From: Octopus vulgaris
Taxonomy: Eukaryota
Assembly (NCBI GenBank): GCA_951406725.2
Contig: OX597824.1
Location: 6,076,001-6,140,000, forward strand
Length of the DNA: 64,000 bases
Reading direction: 5' to 3'
Below the pieces are notes generated by a model. That model ran no database searches and was not told the origin of the DNA. It saw only the letters and a list, made by a program, of their open reading frames with translations. This document shows, one piece after another, positions 14,644-27,757 of the stretch (position 1 is its first letter; each line of letters opens with the position of its first letter). The position numbers and the translations under genes were made by a program.

Positions 14644-16549
14644 ATATATATATATATATATATGAGGGTACGTGGCCTAGTGGTTAGGTTGTTGCACGCG
14701 AGATCGTGGTTTCAATTCCTAGACAGGGCGGTATGTTGTGTTCATGGCAAAGCACTTCATTACACACTGCGCTGGAATCACTTCGACACCTGACACGTAG
14801 TACATCGCGCACCTGTTTCATGCAACGTCGAAATATATACAAGTTGTAGAGGAAGAATACATCAACAAACACACACTCGCGCGCAAACACACATCACTAC
14901 GATAAATTCGATAAAAATATTTTCGTGGTGATTCATGACAATCGGAACGATTAGAATAAAAGGAAAAATATCGAAGGAATTTATCTAAAACCCAAAATGC
15001 TTAAACGGAAAATAAATACCTTTACACAAAGGGAACCAATCTGATGGGAAAATACAGAAGTATCATAGAAAATGCTGGAAGAAGACATATAGTATTTTTG
15101 GGAGAGGTTCAAATCAGTTTCATTGACTCCAGTGCAAAACCGATACTTATTTTATCGATCTCCGAAGGGAATAAAGGCAGAAATCGATCTCGGTGGTTTT
15201 TGAACTCAAAACTTAAATAGATAGAACCAATACCACTGGGCCCAGGGCGGTAACGATTTTGTCAGCCAGCTAGCCACAATTACATTAAAGGAAATGTAAT
15301 TATAAAACTTTAATGCGTCTTAACTAAAGTTTTATTGGCAGCCTCGGCATACTGTTGCATCCGTAAGGACCCTGTTTCGATCACACCGCGTGGAATCTTG
15401 GGTAAATGACCCCTTTTTTTCATATAACCACACATACCTTGTGAGTGAAATAACGGAAACATTACAGAGGCTCATCGCTTGGATTGTGTCGAATTCAAAA
15501 GTCCGTTTTACACACTGTTAAATACGAGTTTAACCTGAGAATTACGTTAAGGGTTATTTAGAAACTTTTAGCACCTTGGAGCGCATTTAGCCTACCCAGG
15601 TGGGCTGGGTTCCAAGCTGTGGCAAATGCAACAGTCGCACGTGATGGAGAACTCTAATAGAAAATCCTGAAAAGTATGTTGTGCCTTGAGTGTGTAATAA
15701 ACTTTTGCACCAACTTTCTTCTATCAATATTTTCGAAAAGTGTGGCTGGTCCGACATAAGTCTTTGCTATTGAAAGCAAATTCTCAGGCCCTTTACACGT
15801 GAATTCATGAGCAGCTAATTTAGTTTATCGAACATCGGAATCCCTATCGTTGAGCGAAGGAGATCCTCCATATAATCACTCTTGCCTTACATATCTTTAA
15901 CAGAAATAACCAGTGAATATACTATCAGTTTTAGATAATGGAACCATTCCATCAGGGATATCTTCCGGCTAAATTACAACAACAACAACTAACAACGATA
16001 TATCACAACGCTATCGAATTTTGAAATCATTTTGAATTCTAGCATATTAACTGTTCGTATGGCATATGTCTGCTTTGATGTCAAATCGATTAGTTTGAAT
16101 CAGAAACTCTTTTATTTATTATATAATACCGACAGTGGCAACAATCATCTATTTCACTCAGATAATTTTATCGTACGGAAATGAAAGTGAAAAATAAAGC
16201 AAAAAAAACACACAATTGATCGCAACTTCAAAGAAAATCTCGCAGTATTTCAAAAATAAATTATTTATTGATTTGTTCGAGAAGCAAAAGCTCTCAATAT
16301 TTCTGGGTCGAAGTATATTCGATTAAATATATTCTAATACATATGTGAATGAATTACTTCACCGTGACGAAAACGACATATGTAACGTTTTGAAGAATTT
16401 CCTCTGCAGTTAAAGGGCTCAGCACTCATTGCTAGACAACATTTCATCATGGCATACCGATTTCTTTAGATCTGTGTTCATTAAGAATATTTACAACTTG
16501 CCGACGCACCCGTCACACGTTTCCTCGGAATTTATTGTATTATCTTTAT

Positions 16550-16774
16550 AAGGCGACGAGCTGGCAGAAACGTTAGCACGCCGGGTGAAATGCGTAGCCG
16601 TATTTCGTCTGTCTTTATGTTCTGAGTTCAAATTCCGCCGAGGTCGACTTTGCCTTTCATCCTTTCAGGGTCGATTAAATAAGTACCAGTTGCGCTCTGG
16701 GGTCGATCTAATCTACTTAATCCGTTTGTCTGTCCTTTTATGTCCTCTCTGTGGGTAGTAAAGATTTAAAAAAA
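16550..16774 (+). mobile_element. SINE family B (Meta-domain-like) with target-site duplication
   Basis: Head ggcgacgagctggcagaaacgttagcacgccggg; core gcctttcatcctttcagggtcgattaaataagtaccag; TSD ttattg(t/c)attatctttat at 16532 and 16775. Confidence 0.88.
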
Positions 16775-17763
16775 TTATTGCATTATCTTTATTCGTCTGA
16801 GAGAAAAAGAGCTGCGAATCGGTCATGTGGTCTTAAATTATGTATATCTGAGATCAAATCCCAACTTAGTCGACTTTAACATTCATCTGTCCACGTCTGA
16901 TGAAAAGAATGCATTTAAGGACATTACAGGATAGGATCGTGCGTACAGTCCATCTCCAAATCATGTCGTCTTGTGCTTCTGTGAAAACTCAATAAATAAA
17001 TAACTGACTGTTGTTATAATTTCTGTAGGTGGTAAAGCTTCAAAGATGGCGTGTCAGCGTTCGAGCCTCTACATCAGTGGTATCCAACAATTTCATTAGC
17101 TAAGACCCGTGTTATTTACATAAATATTCTCCCAGCATTCTGGTGTTTTCAAAGACTTATAGACACACCCAACTCGGTTTGCCCCTCAGTTGAAATACAT
17201 AACTGAATTGTTGCGAATTGCTTTATCGTTGGAATACGCTTTTCCAGGCAGAACGTTTGAAAACGTCTCAATGATAAACTGATTCTTGAAGATAAAGAAA
17301 CTACTTTGATATATTCAATTTTGTTTTTCATCAGCCTTATTATAAGGAAATCTTTATTTAGCACCGCAACAGCTGCAAAAAGTTGAACGTATCCCACGAA
17401 CTCTCGGCATTAACTTGACTGGACCACATTGATACTAGAGGTTAGGTGCTGCAGCTCGATGTAGTTAATCAAAAAATAAGCTGCAGAAAACATATTCCTC
17501 ACTAGCGCGATTCAATGGTATTGTTCAGGGACTACTGTAGGTGAAAAAGACAGGAGATTTATGACTGGAATTGAAATGGTCACTGGTAATAGAACAGATA
17601 CGAACTTAGATTTCGTTCAGTGATCATTAATCCCGTAGGGACAGGAAAAAACAATGTAATAATTTAAATCAAATTAGTTTCCCGTGCACCTATTCTGTCC
17701 GACCAGTCAAAAAAAATGAGTTTTAAATAATGTGTGTTTCTTGGAGGAAAACAACACACACAC

Positions 17764-17821
<58 letters not shown>

Positions 17822-17946
17822 CCGGAACTCATATCAATCAAAAAATATATATTATCAATATCAATTACTGTTCGAACACTTTTTTTTAACAATTACTATA
17901 ATCATTACAATTATTTGACTGATTTCATAGACATGGTAGACATATT

Positions 17947-17982
<36 letters not shown>

Positions 17983-17986
17983 CATT

Positions 17987-18034
<48 letters not shown>

Positions 18035-18510
18035 AATATACATATATATATATAAATATATATATATAAATATAAACAAATACATATATAAATATGTATA
18101 TATATATATACATATTTACATATATGTATGCATATATGTGTGTGTACGTACATTTATACACACACATAGCTATAGATATTTATATTATTATAGACGCGCA
18201 CAGACATGAAAATAAAGAAGGCAGAAATACTGCTTAGGAGACGGGAGAAAATGATGATAGCCTATTAATGTCTTAATAACTGAGTTATCCATCACCGGAA
18301 CGGAACTGTCAAATACATATTAAATATCAGGCATGATTAGTAAATATATACACATATATGTATGTGTACATACACACGCGCATATATATATATATGTATA
18401 TGTATATATATATATGTATGATTTTCCAAAACAATATATATGTATGTATATAAATATATATAAATATGTATGTATGTATATATATATGTATATGTATATG
18501 TATGCATATC

Positions 18511-18561
<51 letters not shown>

Positions 18562-18586
18562 GTGTATATGTATCTATGTATATATG

Positions 18587-18619
<33 letters not shown>

Positions 18620-18621
<2 letters not shown>

Positions 18622-18895
18622 TTTTAATTGTTTTACTCAATTGAGTGCGGCCATGCTGGAGCACCGCATTTAGTCGAGCAAATCGACCCCGGGACTTATT
18701 CTCTGTAAGCCCAGTACTTATTCTATCGGTCAGTTTTGCCGAACCGCTAAGTGACGGGGACGTAGACACACCAGCATCGGTTGTCAAGCAATGCTAGGGG
18801 GACAAACACAGACACACAAACACATACACACACACTTATACATAAATATATACATATATACGACAGGCTTCTTTCAGTTTCCGTCTACCAAATCC
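18620..18895 (-). mobile_element. SINE family A, 5'-truncated
   Basis: Near-identical to 31050-31310. Confidence 0.8.
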
Positions 18896-18927
<32 letters not shown>

Positions 18928-18961
18928 ACATGTATGTGTGTGCATGTATGTATTTGTATGT

Positions 18962-19800
18962 ACGTTAAAGGCTATATTGGTTTTGGGGTGCTTTGGGTGG
19001 GGTTGCAGAACAGCAGTTATTGATTTCTGTGTTGGTTTCTGTTAGTAAGTCATTTTATGATGCCTAAAGACTAATTTTTATGATGTTTTTGAATCTTCCA
19101 ACGGAAATTCTATGGTGCGGATTGTGTTATTAATTAAGTTTTAAAAATCCAAGTGTTGATCCATGTTATGTGAGCACGCAATGAAACAATCAGCCAGGTA
19201 GCATTACCTGTTGGCGAATAAGTATTTATGGAAAATATCCTGAATTTGAGTGTGGCGCCTTTGTATATTTGGACTTCGAAGTATACTATGACAAGCTTAG
19301 CAAAAGTGGGGGCTACCCTCATTCCCTTCGAAATTCCAGATATTTGTCTGTATGGATGGAAGCACTCCGTCGGTTACGACGACGAGGGTTCCGGTTGATC
19401 CGAATCAACGGAACAGCCTGCTCGTGAAATTAACGTGTAAGTGGCTGAGCACTCCACAGACACGTGTACCCTTACCGTAGTTCTCGGGGATATTCAGCGT
19501 GACACAGAGAGTGACAAGGCCGGCCCTTTGAAATACAGTTACAACTGAAACAGGAAGTAAGGGTGAGAGAAAGTTGTGGTGAAAGAGTACAGCAGGGATC
19601 ACCACCATCCCCTGCCGGAGCCTCGTGGAGCTTTAGGTGTTTTCGCTCAATAAACACCCACAACGCCCGGTCTGGGAATCGAAACCGCGATCCTATGACC
19701 GCGAGTCCGCTGCCCTAAACACTGGGCCATTGCGCCTCATTTGTCTGTATATGCTGTCCTTGAAGTTAGAAAGTTATTTTGGATGATGAACAATTTTCCA
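18962..19800 (-). pseudogene. Penelope-like element reverse transcriptase fossil, split by a SINE
   Basis: After removing the SINE the minus strand reads FIIQNNF/FKDSIYRQISGISKGMRVAPTFAKLVIVYFEVQIY/ANR*CYLADCFI...LINN..RTIEFPLEDS...KPT...PHPKHPKTNIAFN. These match the PLE RT motifs YxQxxGxxMG..AP, RYxDD, IxFTxE and HPxHxKxNIPF. Confidence 0.85.
19354..19738 (-). mobile_element. Full-length SINE family C inserted in the PLE RT
   Basis: Perfect 12-bp TSD atttgtctgtat at 19342-19353 and 19739-19750; head gaggcgcaatggcccagtgtttagggcagcggactcgcggtc. Confidence 0.92.
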
Positions 19801-20006
19801 TTTTGGTCAGGTGTGTCATTTCGGGATTCGTACAGTTTCTCTTCCGTTTTAGTGTTTATTTCGGCTTTAGAAATTTGTTCATCGAATTATTATTATTATT
19901 CTTCCTTTAGGACTCGATAAATTAAGTAGCAGTTACATACTGAGGTCAATCGAATCGCCTGGTCCCCACAAAAATTAGTTCAGGCCTTGTGCCAGTAGTA
20001 GAAAGG

Positions 20007-20044
<38 letters not shown>

Positions 20045-20364
20045 GATCATCATCATCATTATTATTATCATTATTATTATCATTATTATTATTATTATTA
20101 TTATTATGATCATCATCATCATTACTATTATTATTAAAGTGTTGACCTGGCCGGGTCGTAAGCACGCCGAGCGAAGTACTTAGCGATATTTCATCTGTCG
20201 CTACGTTTTGAGTTTAAATTCCGCCGGGGTCGACTTCTTCTGGGGTCGATAAATTAAGTAGCAAAGAAACATTAGTGTCGATGTAATCCACTAGAAGCCT
20301 CCCGCTAAATTTGGGCCTTGTACTTCTAGTAGAAAGGATGATATTATTACCATTATTATAGAAT

Positions 20365-20910
20365 GAGAAAGCAGTGCATGCCATCAAAGTAACACAGGGG
20401 TTAGATATACGAAGCTCATTATACTCATCATAACTACCCGTCTGATTAGGGTACACCAGACACATACATCAAAACCATATGTCCGCACCATGATGATCTC
20501 ATATCAAAATAAACAGCACATGACCTTGCAGGTGGGGCACAGTTTGAATTTTCTTCAGGTTGAGTAGCCCATCCCGCGCAAAAGGTCCCTGAATAAGGGT
20601 GGTTTAAAGATGCTGAACTAAATACCCATGTTTCCAAAGGTGAATTATCCAACCCCAAAGAATCCCTCTCGACACATGGCTATGATACTCCCCCACTACT
20701 CTGCTCGTGATCAGAGATGCTGATATTGTCAGCCACTAAGGGACATCTCAACTGGTTAAGATCAAACAAATGACAAGTAAATCTGTGGTATTGAGCAGAA
20801 TATTTGCTGTAGCCCATCTTTTATACCAAGACAAAACAATGTACATGATAACACTTCCAATCAGTTAAGATCAGAAGCCATGAGAGTCAATGTCTGGTGC
20901 TACATCCAAG
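20365..20910. repeat. Unclassified ~550-bp sequence between (TTA/TCA)n tracts, possibly a microsatellite-targeted retroelement fragment
   Basis: Sharp boundaries with trinucleotide repeats and higher GC than the flanks; only one copy in the window. Confidence 0.35.
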
Positions 20911-20912
20911 TA

Positions 20913-20971
<59 letters not shown>

Positions 20972-21206
20972 AATAAAAGAAGTGTTTCGTGAGAATCAAT
21001 AGCGCACCAGGAAAATGTTGAGGGGTAGTTCGGAATTTTTTTTTTTTTTGGCACGTTATATTTTTTGGATTTATCATTCCAAAGTCGATAAAATAGGTAC
21101 CAGTTGAGCACTGGGGTTGATGTAATCGACTTTTTCTATCCCTTAACATTTATTACTACTACTACCACTGAGCTTGCTACTGCTGCTGCTGCTGCTGCTG
21201 TTGCTG

Positions 21207-21572
21207 TTGAGCGAAGCGGTCTTCGTCCCAGAGCTCGCAGTGGGAGAAGTCCGAATCGTGGTCCTTTGCTATTCGTAAGACCCGTAGAAGAGAAAGCAGT
21301 TCAACCCCTGACACCGAGAGCATCGACGGATGGATGAATGCGCATCCAGGCTCAGCGGTTGCGGAGGAAGTCGGGGACAAGAAACAGGAAGAAAGAGCGA
21401 GAGAAAGTTGGAGCGAAAGAGTACAACAAGGGTCGCCCCCACCCCTATCGGAGCCTTGTGGAGCTTTAGGTATTTTCGCTCAATAAACACACACAACGCT
21501 CGGTCTGGGAATCGAAATCGCGATCCTCCGACCGCGAGTCCGCTGCCCTAACCACTGGGCCATTGCGCCTCC
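21207..21572 (-). mobile_element. SINE family C
   Basis: Head ggaggcgcaatggcccagtggttagggcagcggactcgcggtcggaggatcgcg; the tail differs from the other copies. Confidence 0.85.
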
Positions 21573-22556
21573 ATTTGCCGCTGCTACTGCACACGATATA
21601 GTCGAACGGTAAAGTCTCGTCGTTTCTTGATTGCTATTTATTTTATTGATTCCAAATCGATGAAACGTAAATCCGATATTCGCAGGATTTCCAAGCAAAA
21701 CGTAAACATCTTAAATCGATATTGATTCGCAGCATAGGCACTAAGACTTTCGCTGAGGTTTGGGCATAGCCGATTAGATCGACCTTCATAATCAATTAGT
21801 GCTTATATAATCGATCGGTAAAGATGAAAAGCAAAGTATACCTCAGCAGAATATGGAATTATATAGCATTAATGTGTGAAGATAAATATAGGAATGCCGT
21901 AATCCCCCTTTCACTACCTTTATCTATACAATAAGAGAGAAAGTTAGAATAACCTCGATAGGTTTTGAACACAGAACGTCGACGTTCGTGACTAAATACA
22001 ACAATGCAATAACCAGGCTTACACTATAACGATTGTAATTGTTTTTAACACAGTGACAAGGGCAAAAATTTAGGAAAGGATGTCAGTGGATTTAATTGAT
22101 TGTATTACTTTTATATGTGGAAGCCGTGAGGAAGAAAGACAAAGTTTATTTCGACAACTCAGTCTAGCCATGGCCGAAGCTTGTCTTCCATTACCTGTAG
22201 TAAGCTTATTAACCTGAAGTGAAATTGAATTGTATTTACCGTGAGGCCACCGATTGTCCTCTGTTTCTTTGGGCCTAAGTAAGTGCGTGTGTATGTATTC
22301 GAGAATGTGTGTGTGTGTCCCTTTCTGTTGAACCCAGCATCTCATTCTCTGTTCGAAATGTTGATGAAACGTCTTACAGTAAAGCCATTATAGAGTTCAC
22401 AAATCATGAAAAGCATTCGTGATGTCGGTATTTTGTTACCGGGTGCGAAGTAGCATGATACAAGGGGTTATTTTCCAACATTTAGATAACTTCCAGTCTT
22501 CCATATCAGCTAACATTTTCTCAACTACAGCCTTAATCTTTATGCTCTCCAAAATA

Positions 22557-22770
22557 CTGCTACTCAGTTTCACGTTCCCTTTCATTGGACAGCTGTGATC
22601 GAGAATGCTCACAACTGCCCGATGAACGGGAACGTGAAACTCTGAGGGGCTGTTTTTTATGATATCTTTGTGGTGTATTTTCAGCTTTAAAAATAAAACA
22701 TATTATTCTCCTTCCAGTATTCGAGTACTATTTTTCAACCTTGTTTCACATATTTATTGTGCTTACTCGG

Positions 22771-22771
<1 letters not shown>
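22557..22771 (+). mobile_element. Older family H1 copy with two inverted, decayed minimal HHRs
   Basis: Plus: ctgc CCGATGA acg ggaa cgt GAAA ctctgag GG. Minus: ctgt CCAATGA aag ggaa cgt GAAA ctgag TA gcag. Tail homologous to 1030-1100. Confidence 0.7.
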
Positions 22772-22825
<54 letters not shown>

Positions 22826-23001
22826 CTTTATTTAAAGCAGCAGAAAATTCAACAAAACCTGTTACTCTGATGAACAGCAACGGGAAACTCAGAGTAACAT
22901 CTTTTGTTGATTCTGCTGCTTTAAATAAAGCATATTACTCTACCGCTTGTATTTGAGTACTCTTTTTTCCACCTTGTTTCACATTTATGTGTTTACTCCG
23001 G
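22826..23001 (+). mobile_element. Family H1 element with palindromic arms and an HHR core
   Basis: Arms homologous to 925-1029 surround CTGATGA acagcaacgg GAAA ctcagag TA aca; flanked by (TA)n on both sides. Confidence 0.8.
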
Positions 23002-23789
23002 TATATATATATATATATATATATGAAAAGCTAAAAAATAACTCAAGACTGTAGAACTTAGTTATGATTTACGAAAATTTAGTTAGAGTGTGTAAACTGA
23101 AATCTACGTACAATCGATACTTAAGGTTTCGGAATTGGTTTCTTTGTTAAGAAAATGAAAGCATCAATTATTTAAATTGATAAGCAGTTTAAAAGACAAT
23201 CTCAGTTTTGTTGCAAAAAAAGTCAATTATGTACAGATGTTCCGACCTGTCAGACTTCGTTTGCCTTAAACAGCCTTGGTTTGCCAACAGATCAGAAGAT
23301 TAATAGGTTTTGTTCTTTATTTTTTTACATTTTTAAAAATTTCAAATCACTTTTTACACCCATCATCATTGTTGATACTGAATCAGGCGATCGAATCTTT
23401 AGAAATCTATATTTATTAACGGTATCGCTAAAATATGCAAATTAAAAATGTCTAAGAGCTATGTAATATAACGGATTAATTAGCAATCGTGTCTTTTAAA
23501 ATTTGTTTTGTGGCTCGATTTATGTTGAAATCGATATTGTTATAATTTGGTGGTCTCATATTGACAATGACCATACTCACAGTATGGTGTCACTCTCTTC
23601 AGTTTCAGTTATGTTTTCAGTAAGTTTCCGTCACACAACTGTACTTGAAGAAATTGAAATCATTGCAAAGATCACAGATGTGTAATGAAAAATAAAGTTG
23701 TGATAATAAATGTAAACCGAACCGCAGTTACTGAGAGCGTTGCCTAGCAGCATGACTTTCTTTGTATACGGGAATCTTTAATAATATTA

Positions 23790-24071
23790 CGGAGATGTAC
23801 TTACATAGCGAGTAACCTGATCTGAGATCGTGTGCTAGAACGTAAACAATTGCAGCGTGGAAGGTGTTTATAAGCCATTTAAAAACACACAAAAACCGTT
23901 AGATTCACTTCAACATTTAAATTTGATTTGCCAAAATATTTTCGTCGCTTTGAGACCGCCGACCTGTTCACTGACAAAATTCTGTTCATTGACAAAATTC
24001 CGTGCAGCACGGAATCTAACGGTTTTTGTGTGTTTTTAAATGGCTTATAAACACCTTCCACGCTGCAATTG
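23790..24071 (-). mobile_element. PLE/retrozyme-like element with 60-bp perfect inverted arms
   Basis: 23847-23906 is the exact reverse complement of 24012-24071; an HHR variant lies between the arms. Confidence 0.75.
23927..23978 (-). ncRNA. Type I hammerhead with G3-C8 swapped core
   Basis: Minus strand: tttgtca GTGAACA g gtcg..cgac GAAA atat TT tggcaaa. Helix I 7 bp, helix II 4 bp, palindromic helix III. Confidence 0.65.
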
Positions 24072-24081
24072 CTTAATAGTA

Positions 24082-24883
24082 TTGTGTTGAGTCAAAGGGT
24101 TTTCACTATTTTTGAAACGTAGGTGTTTTATTCGCAAAAACAAAATATTGGGAGAAATGCAACGTAGTATTCTAGAGATCATCGTGTAGCACTGTCAAAG
24201 GTCACCTTTCCGCTACTTCTTTGATTCTTGATACCAGTTCTTGTCCTTCTAGGCGAAGAACTTCTTTACTGAAGCTTTCACCTCGATAAAAAGTCGTGAG
24301 CACAAGAAGTGAGGCATTGATTGGAACAAGTAATAATCCGAGAGATCTAGATGGGGACTATAAGCTGAATGTAGAATCAGTTCGTATTCTTCAATTTTTT
24401 TGAGTTTATTCTGAGTCGTTCGAGCTTTATGAGGGCTTGCGTTGTCTTGCCGCAGAAGAGTTCGATTTCGGTTAACGAATGATTGGTAATTTTACCGCAA
24501 AATACAATACATTCTCTCCAGCTGTTTGAACTATCCACCAGACTCAGATCCTCACCTTGTATTCGAAACGTCCATGTTTGATGAATGGTTCGGGAATACA
24601 TCCTTTGCTGAACCAAGTTTGGACTTCGGGAAAATATGTCCTACACATTATTGTTTGTTCCAATTCGTGACACACGCCCAGCGCTCATCAACCCAGAGGA
24701 TGGAGATGCTTCAATGAAGGAGTTTTCTACCTCCAAATACAAGAAACCGTATAAATATGAGAGCAAAGAACTGGCAGAAGGATGGCCTCAGATGGTGCAA
24801 CACGTCGGATTCTTCATTGAATGTTCGGGTACATTTTTGTAAAGCAGATAACAAAATATTGCAAAATTTTTAGCACAACGCAA
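24082..24883 (+). mobile_element. Old, internally deleted mariner remnant
   Basis: Degenerate TA-flanked TIRs (tattgtgttgagtcaaa / tttagcacaacgcaata); peptides PTHYCLFQFVTHA and KELAEGWPQMVQHVGFFIE resemble the mariner PSDYHLF motif and C-terminus. Confidence 0.55.
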
Positions 24884-26456
24884 TATAAAACGTGTGAATG
24901 TGATGCAGAGGGAACCCAAATTTTAGGGAAATGTGTAAATATATCGTTATTATTTAATTTTATCAGCAACTTGTATATCTGTTTGTTTGTTTTGCTTGTT
25001 TTTGTAATGGAGAAAAGCAAACCAATGAATCACCACTATCGAAACACCATTACTATTGGAAAAAAGAATTGTTTTGTAATTTGAACAAAGGAAAAAATTA
25101 TAAAGATACTTTGAGCAAAATAAAATAGCCAAACTAAAACAGTCAAGCTAAATGCATTTCATCTGTTCTCCTAATGTATCTTGGGATACATTATCCTTTG
25201 GTTTCCGGTTTTGTAGAATGATTTGAGTGAAAGTTGGATGCTATTTCTTAAAGGACCAGAGAATATCTAGAATATAAAATTAGATAAAATAGCGGATCGA
25301 TAAACAATATATACGCGTTACAAACTACATCATATTTGATGGTGCCATTCACTCTTGTGGGTGAGGAAAAGACCTTAAAATAACGTTCGGCTCCTTCCAC
25401 GCAATATTGATTTCGAGCTACGAAAAAGTAATCAATGTGTAAGGCGAGATTTAATCAACGAGAGTGTTATGATTAACAGATTCTTACTTTCGATTTAATT
25501 AAAAGTCTTTCAATAATGTTTGTCTATAATTTCATCGATTATACGTACACGTATAACGCGCAGAATGAAAACTATAACATTCAGTGCCCCAAGAGAAAAC
25601 TCCTATGACCCCTACCAATAGAACTCTACAGAAAATAGAGCCAGAAATGAATAAGAATTACAGAAGCGAATCGTCGGCAGAAACTGTTGCGCGGCCGGAC
25701 TCGATGAGAAATAGAAATTAATTCCTTACCTGTCACTGACCTATTTTAACACTCACCAAGTCTACTTTTGCTTCACGTTGTATCCAGTTCAATACAATAG
25801 GCACCAAATTGTATAGTGGAATAGTTTGCCCTGCTTACCTAAGATATCAATAACAACAACCATATTTATAAAAAGACATCAGCAGAATGAAAAACAACGT
25901 GTCATTCCATTTAAATTTCCATTTGGGGAGTTACACATGTCTAATAAATTGAAACTATTTATTGAATAAAAAAAAAAAGGTTTTTTGAATTTCCACTGGA
26001 AAAGATGTGTTTGAAGATTCACTAACAAAATATGAAGAAGGTATATGTTTAAACTATAAAAAACACATGTCTCCAGAAAAAATCATATGCACAGAGGATT
26101 TAATAGAAAAAAGAAAAAGAATCGAATATTTATTACAATTATAGTCTTAGAGATTTCAGTATTTCACCCAGGTATATAGCATTAGCATATTCAAATTACC
26201 AGATCTTGAATTATCCACATCACCGGAAATATTTCGTAGTCATTTTCACTATAATATTACATGTGCGTGTGTGTTGTATGTTTGAGAGTAATATAGATAT
26301 GGATATATGAATATATATAAGCATGTATATACTTACATGTATAAACATATATAGGTGTCACTATGAACGGACGAAAGCGCTAATAAAGTATAATCCAACA
26401 TTCTGACTGCCTCCTTTGACTTATAAATTATTCACACATATATATACATATATATG

Positions 26457-26545
<89 letters not shown>

Positions 26546-27017
26546 GCTTCTTTATATACATAAATCTATACCTAAATATACACTTGTATATATATATATA
26601 TATATACACATATATAGAAATGTGCATATGTGTGTGTTGGGTGCGTGTGTGTTTGTGTGTGACTTATGTTTTCAACTTACAAAGAAACGTCGTAGTCCAT
26701 TTGAGCCGACCTCTGTTCATAAATCGTATCTGATGTTATTGACTGTAAGTTAATATAAGCATGGTAGGAAGTGTAAATGTAGTGAGAAGCAGACGATTGA
26801 TTTACAAACAGAAAGCAAAAGGCCAACAACAGTAAATAATGTAAAGAAATTGCCGCTGCGCTGTAATATTCTGTACGATAACTTCAAAGACAGATGTACT
26901 TACATAACGATTTCTTCTCAACAGATTCAGTGAGAATTGTTAAAGATGATACAGTAGAATCGTTCGTATTGACTTTAGAATTTAAGCATATATATATGCG
27001 TGTGTGATTATGTATGC

Positions 27018-27054
<37 letters not shown>

Positions 27055-27183
27055 TAAAAAGAATTCCAACCTTGTCTGATTTTCACGTTTTATTTACAAT
27101 CTTATAATGATATATTATAAGATAATATATTATAATTGAATAAAATAAAATGAAATAGTAGAATGTTAAATATTCATTCTGAT

Positions 27184-27228
27184 TGAACTAGTACTTTCAT
27201 GCATTGAATTCTGCAATCTTCGGGTTCA
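27184..27228 (-). ncRNA. Minimal type I hammerhead in a ~220-bp (TA)n-bounded element (27051-27270)
   Basis: Minus strand: tgaac CCGAAGA t tgca gaattcaa tgca t GAAA gtac TA gttca. Helix I is a perfect 5 bp; U4 is changed to C. Confidence 0.72.
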
Positions 27229-27267
27229 TGTAGTAGTGTTGACAGTCATGCTTCACAATTTTTGACT

Positions 27268-27324
<57 letters not shown>

Positions 27325-27329
27325 CGGGT

Positions 27330-27375
27330 TCGATTCGATTCTTTCGCTTCGTTCCGTTTCTTATTCTACCAGTAC

Positions 27376-27431
<56 letters not shown>

Positions 27432-27690
27432 GTCTCCAGGACTTATTCTTTGTAAGCATAGTACTTATTCTCTCCCCTTTCGCCGAACCGCTAGGTTAGG
27501 GGGACGTAAACACACCAACAATGGTTGCCAAGCGATTGATGGGAGGACACACACATACACATACGTATAACAGACTTTTTCAGTTTCCGTCTTTGGTCAG
27601 CCCGAAGCTATAGTAGAAGACATTTTCGCTATGTGCCAGGCAGTGGGACTGAACCTGGAAGTTACTTACCACACAGCCACACCTGCACCT
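27330..27690 (-). mobile_element. Degenerate SINE family A
   Basis: ggacttattctttgtaagc...cagtgggactgaacc...cttaccacacagccacacctgcacc. Confidence 0.7.
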
Positions 27691-27696
27691 ATGTAT

Positions 27697-27757
<61 letters not shown>

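Noticed and set aside
17076-17400. cagtggtatccaac start and weak similarity to a hAT C-terminus
   Set aside because: No second TIR or 8-bp TSD found; peptide similarity is marginal.
19680-19738. tRNA-like sequences here and at 7370, 21500, 31370 and 39339
   Set aside because: They are SINE heads with bodies and TSDs, not complete cloverleaf tRNA genes.
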